From positions 31,779 through 95,778 of the forward strand of contig JBNGCW010000003.1 of NCBI GenBank assembly GCA_049975525.1: 64,000 bases of DNA, given 5' to 3'. A program made the position numbers and the translations under genes. This DNA comes from Anaerolineae bacterium. GTDB lineage: Bacteria; Chloroflexota; Anaerolineae; B4-G1; SLSP01. Shown in pieces: positions 9,093 to 18,581 of this stretch; the first letter of the stretch is position 1, and each line of letters opens with the position of its first letter. The notes under the pieces are model-generated. The model was not told the origin of the DNA and made no database searches. It was given only the letters and a program-made list of their open reading frames with translations.

Positions 9093-10298
9093 TTGAAAGC
9101 GCAGGCCTATCGCGCCGACCTCCTCGACTTCCTGAGTGCGCTGGTACGCCTCCCATCGGTCAACGGGCGGGAGAACGAGGCCGCGGTGGCGCAGCGTGTC
9201 GTCGAGGAAGCGACCCGGCTGGGCTTCGACGCGCGGCTGGCCGCCGCTGACCCGGCGCGGCCCAACGCGCTGGTCGAATGGGGCCACGGCCCGGCGGGCT
9301 TCGCGCTCATCGGTCACCTGGATACCGTCGCCGAGGGCGATCCTGCTGCGTGGACGGCGCCGCCCTTCGCCGCCGAGATCCGCGAGAGGCGACTCTACGG
9401 GCGCGGCGCCGCCGACAACAAGGCCGGCATCGCCTGTGGCCTCTATACGCTGGCGCTGCTACGGGATCAAGAGCTACTGGATCCGGACGACGTGCACGTG
9501 ACCTTAGCCGGGGTAGTGGACGAGGAGTCGGGCGCCAGCAGCGCGCTGGGCGTCCGCCACCTGCTGGATCAGGGGCTGCTCCGTGCGGACGGCGCCATCT
9601 ACACGTACGCCAGCGACATCGTCTGCATCGGACACCGAGGCCTGCTCCGCCTGATCCTGCGGGCTGAGGGGCGCGCCTTGCACTCCGGCAGTCCCGCCTG
9701 GGCCCAGGGCCAGGGCGGCGTCAACGCCGTCACCGGGTTGGCGGAGATCCTGCTGGCGCTGGAGGCGCTGGAGCTCCCCGCGCCCGCGCATCCCGCCTTC
9801 GAGGGGCTGGGTTGTACGCTGACGCCGGGCACGCGCGTCGCGGGCGGCGAGTTCGAGAGCATGGTCCCCGCCCATGCTGAGGCGTTGGTGGACGTGCGGC
9901 TGATGCCGGGCCAGGATTCGGCGGACGTCATCGCCGCTGTCGAAGAGGTGATCGCGGAGGTGACGACGCGCCGTCCCGGCCTGAACGCGACCGTGGAGGT
10001 GAAGAACGATCTACCCGGCGCAGCCATCCCCGTCGATCACCCGTTGGCGACGACGGCGCAGCGCTACGCCGAGCGCATCACCGGCGTGACGTGGCCCATC
10101 GCCGGGGCGGGACCGGCCAACGAGGGCTACATGCTCATCGAGGCAGGGATCCCCACCCTCTGCGGCTTCGGTCCGACGGGCGGCAACGCCCACGCGCCCG
10201 ACGAGTGGGTGGCGGTGGAGAGCTTGCCGGCGACCGTCGCTATCTACGCGGGGACGCTGCAGACGTATCTCCGCTCGGTGTTACGGGAGCTGCGCTAG
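9093..10298 (+). CDS. M20 metallopeptidase/deacylase (ArgE/DapE/YgeY-like)
   Basis: GHLDTV, YGRGAADNKAG, DEE, AHAPDEW; start uncertain (see findings). Confidence 0.88.
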   Translation: MKAQAYRADLLDFLSALVRLPSVNGRENEAAVAQRVVEEATRLGFDARLAAADPARPNALVEWGHGPAGFALIGHLDTVAEGDPAAWTAPPFAAEIRERRLYGRGAADNKAGIACGLYTLALLRDQELLDPDDVHVTLAGVVDEESGASSALGVRHLLDQGLLRADGAIYTYASDIVCIGHRGLLRLILRAEGRALHSGSPAWAQGQGGVNAVTGLAEILLALEALELPAPAHPAFEGLGCTLTPGTRVAGGEFESMVPAHAEALVDVRLMPGQDSADVIAAVEEVIAEVTTRRPGLNATVEVKNDLPGAAIPVDHPLATTAQRYAERITGVTWPIAGAGPANEGYMLIEAGIPTLCGFGPTGGNAHAPDEWVAVESLPATVAIYAGTLQTYLRSVLRELR

Positions 10299-10416
10299 CG
10301 TCGTAACTTCGGCTGGCATCCGACGCCTCCCGCTTTGGAGGCTTCTGGGCTATGGGAAAATCAAACGCCGGGTGCACGAAGGCGCACCCGGCGTCCTTGC
10401 AGCTCCGCGTGTGATT

Positions 10417-11241
10417 CTAGTCTGATCTCCCTCTTCCCTTTCCCCTGCCGGCGGCGTGATCGGGTGGGCCGGGGTTTTCTGGGGATCCATCGTTCTCAGG
10501 TGGGCCAGCGTCGTCGGGTGGGCCTGGGTTCTCGGGGCGTTCGACATCCTCGGGAGGCCCGGCGTGATCCGCTGGCCCGGGGTTTTCGGGGCGTTGGGCG
10601 TGATCGGGCGGACCGACCTCTTCCCGCCGGCCGATGAGGTTCAGAGATTGCCAGATTTGTCCCCAACCTTCGCCTGCCAGTCGGCGTTCCAGGCTACTCT
10701 CCGGCGATTCACCGGTTATCTGGGCGGTGTGCAGGGCGAGCATGATCTGCCCAAAGCTCAGATTGTCCTCGCAGAACCAGCTCATCACCTGCTCGTAGGT
10801 GACTTCGTAGCGCTCCGCGAGAGCTACGCCGGCAGGATGGGAGAACTCGGAGTTAGCGCAGAAAAAGTTGACGCCGTCGTTTTCCTCTTCTCCTTCCTTT
10901 TCCTCCTCGGCGTCTGTCTCCTCTTGCACTGTGTCGGCTACGATGACGCCCTCGTCCTCACCCGGAACGCCCTCGACTTCAACGACGCTTCCTACCTCAA
11001 TCTCCTCGAAGTTGAAATCCTCCGGCGCCACCACGGTGTAAGTTTGGGTCTCGCCGTCCTCCGCCTCCACTTCGATGACCAGAATACCGTTCGTTTCGTC
11101 GATGGTGACCACCGTGCCGACAACTTCCACTTCCTCGTCTGACGACTCGTGCGCGGGGGCCGCGCCCACGGCGCTGACGCCCAACATAGCTCCCAACAGC
11201 ATTAACGTGACTAAAACGACTAACCATCGTCCGGGTTTCAT
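10417..11241 (-). CDS. Secreted acidic protein with OB-like domain, GWGQIW motif and C-terminal 18-aa Pro-rich repeats
   Basis: Signal peptide MKPGRWLVVLV..VGA; AGGAG RBS before ATG 11241. Confidence 0.75.
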   Translation of the reverse strand: MKPGRWLVVLVTLMLLGAMLGVSAVGAAPAHESSDEEVEVVGTVVTIDETNGILVIEVEAEDGETQTYTVVAPEDFNFEEIEVGSVVEVEGVPGEDEGVIVADTVQEETDAEEEKEGEEENDGVNFFCANSEFSHPAGVALAERYEVTYEQVMSWFCEDNLSFGQIMLALHTAQITGESPESSLERRLAGEGWGQIWQSLNLIGRREEVGPPDHAQRPENPGPADHAGPPEDVERPENPGPPDDAGPPENDGSPENPGPPDHAAGRGKGRGRSD

Positions 11242-11660
11242 CTTTTCTCTCCTTGTTCTATGTTCTACGGGTCTGCTTGGCAACCTTTCGCCACCGTCGC
11301 CAAGGGCATTTTCACCGTTCCATTCGCTTATCACATCGCTCGCTGTCTCTCTTTGGTCACGGGGCATGAGTAGGAAAATGGTACTAACTCAAATTTGACC
11401 TACCTGTATAGCGGCGAGTTTTGGGTAAATATGATTTTTATGACTTATTTAAGTGAACCCGCATTTTATCCTCGTGGAAGAGCCGAAAGCGGCGTGGGGG
11501 AGGGGGGATCTATGGACATGCTCTGCGATGGCCCGCACCTCGATACTTTTCATACGGTTTCTCCATATTTTCTTAACAACTGCCTGCTATAGTCATAAAT
11601 GAGGACGCAGAAACGCCCGGTGGTTGGGCGGATTCCTATCATACAAAAGGGAGGTTGCAG

Positions 11661-12314
11661 ATGTTGAAGAAAACTTGGATACGTGGGTTGGTCGTGGGGC
11701 TTGCCGTGGTGCTCCTTATCGGAGGGACGGCAGGGGTCGTCAGCGCTTACGGTGGGCCGGGCGATGGGTGGTTCGGCTTTGGACGTCGCGAGGACTATGA
11801 CGCGCTGCTGGCCGAAGAGCTGGATGTGACGGTGGAGGAGTTGCAAGCAGCTCGTGAGGCCGCCCATGAGCAGGTGCTGGAACAGGCGCTGGAAGATGGA
11901 GTCATCACGGAAGAGCAGTACGAGAACGCTCAAATGCGGATGGCTCTTCGGCCCTATCTCGATCCCCAAGCGCTGATGGCCGAGGCGCTGGGCGTGAGCG
12001 AAGACGAGTTGGCTGAAAAGACCCTCGCCGAATGGATGGAGGAGCTCGAATTGGATCGCGAGACGCTGATCGACCGTCTGGAAGACGCCTACGAGGCCGC
12101 CCTGGATCAGGCTGTGGCTGACGGGATCATCACCGAGGATGAGGTCGACGATCTTGAGGATCGCTTCTTCGGTCTGCGCCTGCGCGGTAGGGGGGTGCCG
12201 TTTCAGAGAGAGCCCGGCATGCATGGCTTTCCCCGCAGAGGACACGGGCTTGACGAAAACGCGCCTTTAGATGACAGTGGGTTCGCGCCGCGCGGCTTCA
12301 TGCCCGGTTTCTAG
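11661..12314 (+). CDS. Secreted acidic hypothetical protein with repeated LAEELxVxxEEL / AVADGIITE modules
   Basis: Signal peptide ending VSA; GGAGG RBS; internal duplication. Confidence 0.78.
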   Translation: MLKKTWIRGLVVGLAVVLLIGGTAGVVSAYGGPGDGWFGFGRREDYDALLAEELDVTVEELQAAREAAHEQVLEQALEDGVITEEQYENAQMRMALRPYLDPQALMAEALGVSEDELAEKTLAEWMEELELDRETLIDRLEDAYEAALDQAVADGIITEDEVDDLEDRFFGLRLRGRGVPFQREPGMHGFPRRGHGLDENAPLDDSGFAPRGFMPGF

Positions 12315-12332
12315 CGGCCTGTTTACCCTTTT

Positions 12333-12364
12333 AGCCCCCGAGAGAAGGTTCTCGGGGGTTTTTC
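12333..12364 (+). terminator. Intrinsic terminator
   Basis: AGCCCCCGAGA/TCTCGGGGGTT stem plus T run. Confidence 0.8.
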
Positions 12365-12511
12365 CATGGTGAGGTCATCCGCGCATTCCCATAGCCCCGC
12401 CTGGGCCGAGAGATTCGCCGGGATGTCATTTTGTTGGGTTTGCAGCAGCGCTCCCCGGAGCCTTGGAGGCTTGAATCGAGGGCTTTTGTGGTATAGTAGT
12501 GATGGAGGTGA

Positions 12512-13675
12512 ATGATGAGGAAAAACAGGCAGAAGATCACTGTAATGTTGGTGTCTCTCACGTTGTTGATTCTGTTGGCCTGCAGCCCTTTTGCGTTGAC
12601 GCCAGAGAGTATGACGTCTGAGGAGGGTATCAACCTCACCGAGGCCGAGTTGACGGAGCGGATCGAGGCGGAGGTGGCCCGGCAGCTGGGAACTCCTCAG
12701 CCCCAGCAGGTCAATGTCATTGAGACGGATCTGGAGAGGGTGCTTATGGACCTCTACCGCCGTGCCAATCCCGCTGTCGTCTATATCGTCGTCGGCGGTG
12801 GGAGCGGCAGTGGGTTTGTCTACGACGAGGAGGGATACATCGTCACCAACAACCACGTTGTCGCCAATGCCGACAGCTACGAGGTCGTCTTTTTCGACGG
12901 CACCCGCGCGCGCGCCACCCTGGTGGGCGCTGATGTGGACAGCGATCTGGCGGTGCTGCAGGTGGACACGCTGCTCGATGGCGTCGCGCCGCTTCCGCTG
13001 GCCGAAGCCGACAGCTTGCAGGTGGGGCAGTTTGTTGTCGCCATCGGCAACCCCTTCGGTGAGCAGGGCTCCATGTCTCTGGGCATCGTCAGCGGGCTGG
13101 GACGCAGTCTGCCCTCACAGCGCAGCACGCTGATGGGCAGCACCTACTCCCTGCCGCAGGTCATCCAGACTGACGCGCCTATCAATCCGGGTAACTCCGG
13201 CGGCCCGCTGCTTAACCTGGACGGCGAAGTCGTCGGGGTGAACGCAGCCATCGCCTCGCTCACCGGCGCCGGTTCCGGGGTAGGGTTCTCCATTCCGGTG
13301 GCGGCGGTGCGGCGCGTCGTGCCCAGTCTTATCGAAGAGGGCAGCTACACCTATCCCTACATGGGCCTGGTTTTCGATGGCGAGATCACGCTGGCCGACG
13401 CCGAGCAATATGGTCTCTCTCAGACCCAGGGGGCCTACGTCTTGGAGGTCGTGGCGGATGGACCGGCCGACGAGGCGGGTATCGTGGGCGCTGATCCCAC
13501 CACCGGGCGGGGTGGGGATCTGATCATCGCCTTGGACGGGCATCCCGTCAACAACTTCGATGATCTCAACGCTTACCTGAGCTTCCATACCGGTGTAGGG
13601 CAGACCATTGAGGTCACCTTACTGCGGGAGGGGGAGGAGATGACGTTGCCGCTGACGCTGGGCGCTCGCCCCTAG
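12512..13675 (+). CDS. HtrA/DegP-type serine protease lipoprotein with one PDZ domain
   Basis: LLAC lipobox, TNNHVV, DLAV, IQTDAPINPGNSGGPL, C-terminal PDZ. Confidence 0.93.
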   Translation: MMRKNRQKITVMLVSLTLLILLACSPFALTPESMTSEEGINLTEAELTERIEAEVARQLGTPQPQQVNVIETDLERVLMDLYRRANPAVVYIVVGGGSGSGFVYDEEGYIVTNNHVVANADSYEVVFFDGTRARATLVGADVDSDLAVLQVDTLLDGVAPLPLAEADSLQVGQFVVAIGNPFGEQGSMSLGIVSGLGRSLPSQRSTLMGSTYSLPQVIQTDAPINPGNSGGPLLNLDGEVVGVNAAIASLTGAGSGVGFSIPVAAVRRVVPSLIEEGSYTYPYMGLVFDGEITLADAEQYGLSQTQGAYVLEVVADGPADEAGIVGADPTTGRGGDLIIALDGHPVNNFDDLNAYLSFHTGVGQTIEVTLLREGEEMTLPLTLGARP

Positions 13676-13970
13676 CGCCCCTTGGTTCAGGGCTGTCACT
13701 CACCAGCTCGTTTTGTGTCCCTGATGGGGAGGCAAAGGCTCTTGGTCAGCCTCGGATTAGGTGGAGGAGGGGCGTCAAGAGGCGACTTCGTTGAAAAGGG
13801 GCTCGATTTTGTAGGGTCGAAGTGAGATATTGACTATAGACTGCAAAAATCCATAAAGACCTGCGCCATCTGTGGATAGAATTAAAGCCGCTTTTTAAGT
13901 CGCCCTGGAGCTACGGCATCAAGATTTGGCTCGGTCAGGTGCGGCAGGCGAGGTAGTCCGATGAAAAGCG

Positions 13971-14003
13971 AAAACCGCACAGCCAGCGGAGGGGCTGTGC
14001 GGT
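13971..14003 (-). terminator. Intrinsic terminator of the cold-shock gene
   Basis: ACCGCACAGCC/GGCTGTGCGGT stem with a T run on the minus strand. Confidence 0.75.
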
Positions 14004-14031
14004 AATTGTTGGTGTGATGAGGTTGTTGGGG

Positions 14032-14241
14032 TTAGAGGGGCTTAACGTTAACGGCCTTCAGGCCTTTGTCGCCCTGTTCTACGTTGAACTCGACGCGCTG
14101 GTTCTCGCGAAGCGTGTGAAAGCCCTCACCCTCAATGGCGGAATGGTGGACGAAAACGTCCTCTCCGGTCTCGCGGGAGATGAAGCCGTATCCCTTCGCA
14201 TCGTTGAACCATTTAACCGTCCCAATCTGTTTTTCTGACAT
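14032..14241 (-). CDS. cspA: Cold-shock protein
   Basis: [15 protein letters not shown] (RNP1) and DVFVHHSAI (RNP2). Confidence 0.96.
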   Translation of the reverse strand: MSEKQIGTVKWFNDAKGYGFISRETGEDVFVHHSAIEGEGFHTLRENQRVEFNVEQGDKGLKAVNVKPL

Positions 14242-14362
14242 CTACTTACTCCTTGATGGTTTGATTTAGCGAAGCGGCGTGGATGGGAAGAAAAAAGCCG
14301 CCCACCTCCGCAAGTCTGGGCAGCCTCTTCGCATCCATAACCTACTTCAATTCGACTTTGTT

Positions 14363-14390
14363 ATTCTACCACGTTTCCACAGAACGTCAA
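14363..14390 (-). promoter_or_regulatory. sigma70 promoter of csp, giving a long 5' UTR of about 115 nt
   Basis: TTGACG-N16-TAGAAT on the minus strand. Confidence 0.7.
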
Positions 14391-14479
14391 ATGCACTTTT
14401 CACACGTCCGCTGAGGTGATCAAGACTTTTTGGATCGCCGCTGCGAGGGGACATATCGGGCGCAGGGCGGGCGTGGCTG

Positions 14480-16210
14480 CTAGCGGCAGATCAACACGGG
14501 GCGACGGGTCTCATGTAACACCAGATCCACCGCGCTGCCCAGCACGATTTCAAGGAGCGGACCGGCGCCATAGCTGCCCATGAGAATCAGGTCGGCGTCA
14601 TAGGCTTCGGCGGTGAGCAGAATCCCGCTTCCCACCGACTCACAGTCTTCTTCCACCGGGGTGGATGCCACGCCGTGATGCTCCAGATAGGCTACCGCAT
14701 GCTCCAGTGCCCCACTGCTCTGCGCGCCGTTGGATTCTGAGATCGAGAACACGACGAGGGGGAGGTTCCAGTGGCGCGCCAGGTGAGCGGCGATGAAGAG
14801 CGCTTCGTCGGCCTTGGGACTGCCGTCGTAGGCCAGCAGCGCTCGCTGGATGGACCGGGCGCCAAGGCCGGGCACCGCCAGCACCGGTGAGGAGGCCTGG
14901 TAGAGCAGGGTGCGGAAGCCCGCTTTCCACTTCGAGAGCGGATGGGGTTCCGGCGGGTGCAGCAGCCCGGCGACCACCAGGTCCGCCCAACGCCCGTATT
15001 CCCAGATACGGGACACCACCTCGCCCGTCTCGACGATGCATTCGCCGGGCACGCCGGCATCACGACAGCGGCGACCGAACTCCTCGCGGATCGCCTGGGT
15101 CGCCTCGGTGGTGCGCGCTGCCTCGTCGGGGACGACGTAGAGCCCGTGTAGATAGCCCTCCTCTCGGCGGGCGACGTCTATCGCCTGGCTCAGCGCTGCC
15201 CATCCGCCCGGCTCGCCGCTGATGGCCACCAGAATGTCGATGAAGAGGCGATCTTCCGCGCGTCCTTCGCGTTCCTGACGCCAGACGCCCGCCGCCGGGC
15301 CGGTCTCCAGCTCCTGGGGCGTCACCGCCTGGAGAAGCCGACGCCCCCATCCCAGAACGCCGCGCTGCCGACGCCCGTGCCGTTCCGCCAGCGTGGAGGC
15401 CACCGTCTGCGCATCGACGGCCCAGCCCAGCCGTTCTGCCAGCTCGGCGCGATGCTCGGAGACCCAGAGATAGAGGTCGGCGACGGTGCGGTCGGGAAAT
15501 TCATCCAGGATACCGGTTTCCTGAATGATCTCCACCAGTGGCAGGTAGACGTTGTCAACCCAGGAGGCGACGGCCTCTTCGTAGGGAACTGCGGCGTTGC
15601 GTTCCTCGCCCAGGTACCAGCGGTGCACGGCGATGTGTTCCAGCAGCTTCTGATACTGGCCCGGCTCCGTCACCTCTACGTTCACCCCCGGGCGGATCTT
15701 GTGGATCTCGGTCTGATGGAGGAAGGCTGCGTACTCCTGTTTTCGCAACAGCGCGTCGATGTCTGTCTCCGGCGTGAGCTCCACCGGCACGGTGACCTCG
15801 GTGACGTAAGCGTCGATGGCAGGCCAATCGCGTGTGCGCGCTACAGAGACGCGGTGGTTCCCGTCTTTGACGAAGTAGACGTCGCCGATCTTATAGAGCT
15901 CCACCGGCGGCAGCGCCACGCCTGCCTCCACGGCCTTGTCGATGCTCTCCCAGCGGTACCGCGTGCTCTCGTTGCGCGGTAAGAAGGCGCGATCAAAGTC
16001 CTTGTAGCGCCCTACACTGCCGATGATCTTTTCCAGGGGCACGCTCTGCAACCCCACGTAGCGTTGACCTTCAAAAGGCAGGCGGCGGCGCACCTCGTCG
16101 AAGGGCAGCAAGGCGTTATCTTGCCCCGTGATCCAGCTGGCGACCCGCCGCCAGAAGGCGCGGTTCTTGGCGCGCTCGAAATCTTCGTGGGCCATATAGG
16201 AAGTGCTCAC
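14480..16210 (-). CDS. ParB/Srx-like N-terminal domain fused to tandem universal stress protein domains
   Basis: PPVELYK..YFVKDGNHRVSVAR; USP motifs ILVAISG, LLAYDGS, DLILMGSYG..LGSAVDLVL..PVLI. Confidence 0.82.
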   Translation of the reverse strand: MSTSYMAHEDFERAKNRAFWRRVASWITGQDNALLPFDEVRRRLPFEGQRYVGLQSVPLEKIIGSVGRYKDFDRAFLPRNESTRYRWESIDKAVEAGVALPPVELYKIGDVYFVKDGNHRVSVARTRDWPAIDAYVTEVTVPVELTPETDIDALLRKQEYAAFLHQTEIHKIRPGVNVEVTEPGQYQKLLEHIAVHRWYLGEERNAAVPYEEAVASWVDNVYLPLVEIIQETGILDEFPDRTVADLYLWVSEHRAELAERLGWAVDAQTVASTLAERHGRRQRGVLGWGRRLLQAVTPQELETGPAAGVWRQEREGRAEDRLFIDILVAISGEPGGWAALSQAIDVARREEGYLHGLYVVPDEAARTTEATQAIREEFGRRCRDAGVPGECIVETGEVVSRIWEYGRWADLVVAGLLHPPEPHPLSKWKAGFRTLLYQASSPVLAVPGLGARSIQRALLAYDGSPKADEALFIAAHLARHWNLPLVVFSISESNGAQSSGALEHAVAYLEHHGVASTPVEEDCESVGSGILLTAEAYDADLILMGSYGAGPLLEIVLGSAVDLVLHETRRPVLICR

Positions 16211-16220
16211 GGTGTCCCCC

Positions 16221-16541
16221 TCATGTCTCTGTCGAAGGTCTCGCTAACGCCTGATACTCGTCCTCGGTGATGAACGCCCCGCCTTCGATCTCGCGCTCCA
16301 CGATGTGATAGCCTTCGTCGAAGCGCACCTTGAAGTGAAAGAGCTGGAAACAGGTCCCGTCCATCACCTCTTTGTGCAGGATGTAACCGCCCTGCTCGAA
16401 GTCCCGTCGCAGATCGTAGTGCCGATCCACGCGAATCTTGACCGGCGTACCACACCGCGCGCACTGCACGTAGAAGTAAATCCCGGTCGCGTCGCCCCGA
16501 CCCGATCCTGTAAACAGATTGCGAATTTTGTCGAAGACCAT
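16221..16541 (-). CDS. Small conserved hypothetical protein with CxxC
   Basis: GGAGG RBS; VQCARCG; cotranscribed upstream of the USP gene. Confidence 0.75.
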   Translation of the reverse strand: MVFDKIRNLFTGSGRGDATGIYFYVQCARCGTPVKIRVDRHYDLRRDFEQGGYILHKEVMDGTCFQLFHFKVRFDEGYHIVEREIEGGAFITEDEYQALARPSTET

Positions 16542-16749
16542 TAGCTCCCTCCTTTACCGGCCTATTTCGTTTCCATTATACACAACGTGGACGTTTCACA
16601 ACTGGGCAGCAGCGGAATTCCAAAGTCTGGGTCGTCTCAGGAGGGGCTTGCTCTACGATTTGCGATCGCCGCGGGACCGGTGAGAGCCATGTTAGCGGAG
16701 TCGCGTTTGGTAAAGCGTAAACCTGAGATGAGATTCGCGACGGCCGGGG

Positions 16750-17934
16750 TTAGACGAGCAAGCGTATCAGTGTGGTGGGGCGCAGCAACCGCCGGGGCGA
16801 CGCTGCCCCGATGACAACCTTGCCGACGAGTAAAGCCAGCGTCGGTTCGGCGGCCAGCCGCCGAAAGGTCCGGTTGAGGAGCCAGGGTTGGTCCAGGGCC
16901 TGGCGCAACCACCGGGCATAGCGCCATTCGGCCGCGTAGCGCGTGTGCAGCGCCCGCGTGTAGGCTGCCAGCGCCGTGGCCGAGAGGTCTCCGGCGTTGA
17001 GCGCCCTCAATGCGTGCTGCGCGGCCAACTCACCGCTTTCCAGGGCCGGCGCGATTCCCTCGCCGGAAAGCGGGCTGACCAGGCCTGTCGCCTCACCCGC
17101 CACCAACAGCCGTTCCGCGTGGGTGCGTGTCTGTCCGAATGCTGTGCGGATGGGATGTCCCTGCGCCCGCCCCAGGGGCTCGGCTTCGGCGAGACGACCC
17201 TCCGCGTTCCGTTGTTGCTCCAGGAACGCCGCCAGGGTCGCTCTGAGATCGACATTGTCGTGGCGCACCCGCGCTAGGGATGTGCCCAGGCCCACATTGA
17301 CGCGACCTGGGCCCATGGGGAAGATCCAGAGATAGCCGGGTAAGAGGGTATCGAGGAAGTGGATTTCCAACCGTCCCATCGGTCCCCGGTCGCCGATCAG
17401 ATACTGCCGCACAGCCACGAACTGGGGCCGGCTGTCCAATAATCCCACGCGCCGGGTGATGGGAGCGTGGGCGCCGTCGGCCAGGATTACCAGGTCGGCG
17501 GAGAGGCGCAGATCTTTGGCCGTCACGACGGGATGCGGCCCGGCCCTGCGCACCACGTCGCGCACGCGCACGCCCTCGAAGAGACGGGCACCTGCGTTCA
17601 CCGCTGCCTCCACCAGCCGGGCGTCCAGCTTCCGGCGGGGGATGGTCCGTCCGTAGCAGGAGGCGTCGTCGGGCGGGGGGTGGGTCTCTACGATGTGTCG
17701 GTTGGATGTGAGGAGCAGCGTCTCCGGCGCCGGAAAGCGCGCGCTCCACGTCTCGAGCCCCAGCCGCGCCAGTGCTTGCAGACCCTGCGACGAGACACCG
17801 TCGCCGCAGACCTTCTCGCGGGGAAAAGTGGCCTGGTCGATGAGGGCGATGCGGACGCCGGCGGTTGCCAGATAGCAGGCAGCTGCAGCGCCGGCAGGCC
17901 CGGCGCCAACGACGGCAACGTCAACATTGAGCAT
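16750..17934 (-). CDS. Geranylgeranyl reductase family FAD oxidoreductase
   Basis: VVGAGPAG, FPREKVCGDG, ADGAH, GYLWIFP, SPLSGEGI. Confidence 0.9.
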   Translation of the reverse strand: MLNVDVAVVGAGPAGAAAACYLATAGVRIALIDQATFPREKVCGDGVSSQGLQALARLGLETWSARFPAPETLLLTSNRHIVETHPPPDDASCYGRTIPRRKLDARLVEAAVNAGARLFEGVRVRDVVRRAGPHPVVTAKDLRLSADLVILADGAHAPITRRVGLLDSRPQFVAVRQYLIGDRGPMGRLEIHFLDTLLPGYLWIFPMGPGRVNVGLGTSLARVRHDNVDLRATLAAFLEQQRNAEGRLAEAEPLGRAQGHPIRTAFGQTRTHAERLLVAGEATGLVSPLSGEGIAPALESGELAAQHALRALNAGDLSATALAAYTRALHTRYAAEWRYARWLRQALDQPWLLNRTFRRLAAEPTLALLVGKVVIGAASPRRLLRPTTLIRLLV

Positions 17935-18005
17935 CCGCCCTCCTCACATGTGCATCATGAAACCGGACGAGCCTACCGGCAGAGCACATAGTCATCTCAC
18001 GGTGA

Positions 18006-18145
18006 CTTAATACGGTATTAGAACTGGCCAGGTGCGTCGCACCTTCGAACGTTTGAAAATGTCCATTTCGTGCACGCTGGGATGGGTTCTTCGCCAGCAT
18101 GATCGGGAAACCGCAGGTGCGTTGTGCCTTATGCCATCATTTCAA
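18006..18145. mobile_element. Family-A MITE, degenerate copy
   Basis: Aligns with 31718-31860; flanked by the direct repeat TCACGGTGA (17997-18005 and 18146-18154). Confidence 0.82.
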
Positions 18146-18452
18146 TCACGGTGAGGATATAACGCTTGGACCATGGTGTCAAGTTTGATTAATCTCGGCA
18201 TGATACGCATGCGGCCCGCGGTGGCGCGGTGGGGAGACCTTCAGAAGCTCGGGCGCCGGGTCCCACCGCGCCCTTGTCGGGCGTGGATGGTTGATGAAGC
18301 CAACTCACCCCCTGTTCACGTCATTCCGAATGAGCGAGCGGCGTCGTTTGCCGAGCGCGAATCGAGGACTCTCCCCGCTGCGACGTAGGGTTGCCATCGG
18401 GGGGGGCGGTGGGGACACCGGCCACAGCATGCCAGGGGTGCGTCTGCTGTCG

Positions 18453-18533
18453 TTAAGTGAAAGTTTACTAATCCCGTTTTACTTCCTGTTTTGTAAAGTA
18501 TCACTTGACAACAGAGCCACATTCTTGTAGGAT
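18453..18533 (+). promoter_or_regulatory. Promoter with putative operator sites
   Basis: TTGACA(18505)-N17-TAGGAT; GTAAAGTATCACTTGAC motif plus an inverted copy at 18453-18471; shared with 23021-23041. Confidence 0.7.
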
Positions 18534-18581
18534 GAAGGCAGCGTCTTCAACCTCAACCCATCCATCAAAAGGAAGTGTGCC

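Noticed and set aside
5864-10300. Prophage or integrative element at the tRNA
   Set aside because: No integrase, phage genes or obvious att duplication were seen
11245-11350. Possible c-di-GMP riboswitch upstream of the secreted protein
   Set aside because: Only a GAAA-containing stem is visible; the conserved GEMM core could not be aligned
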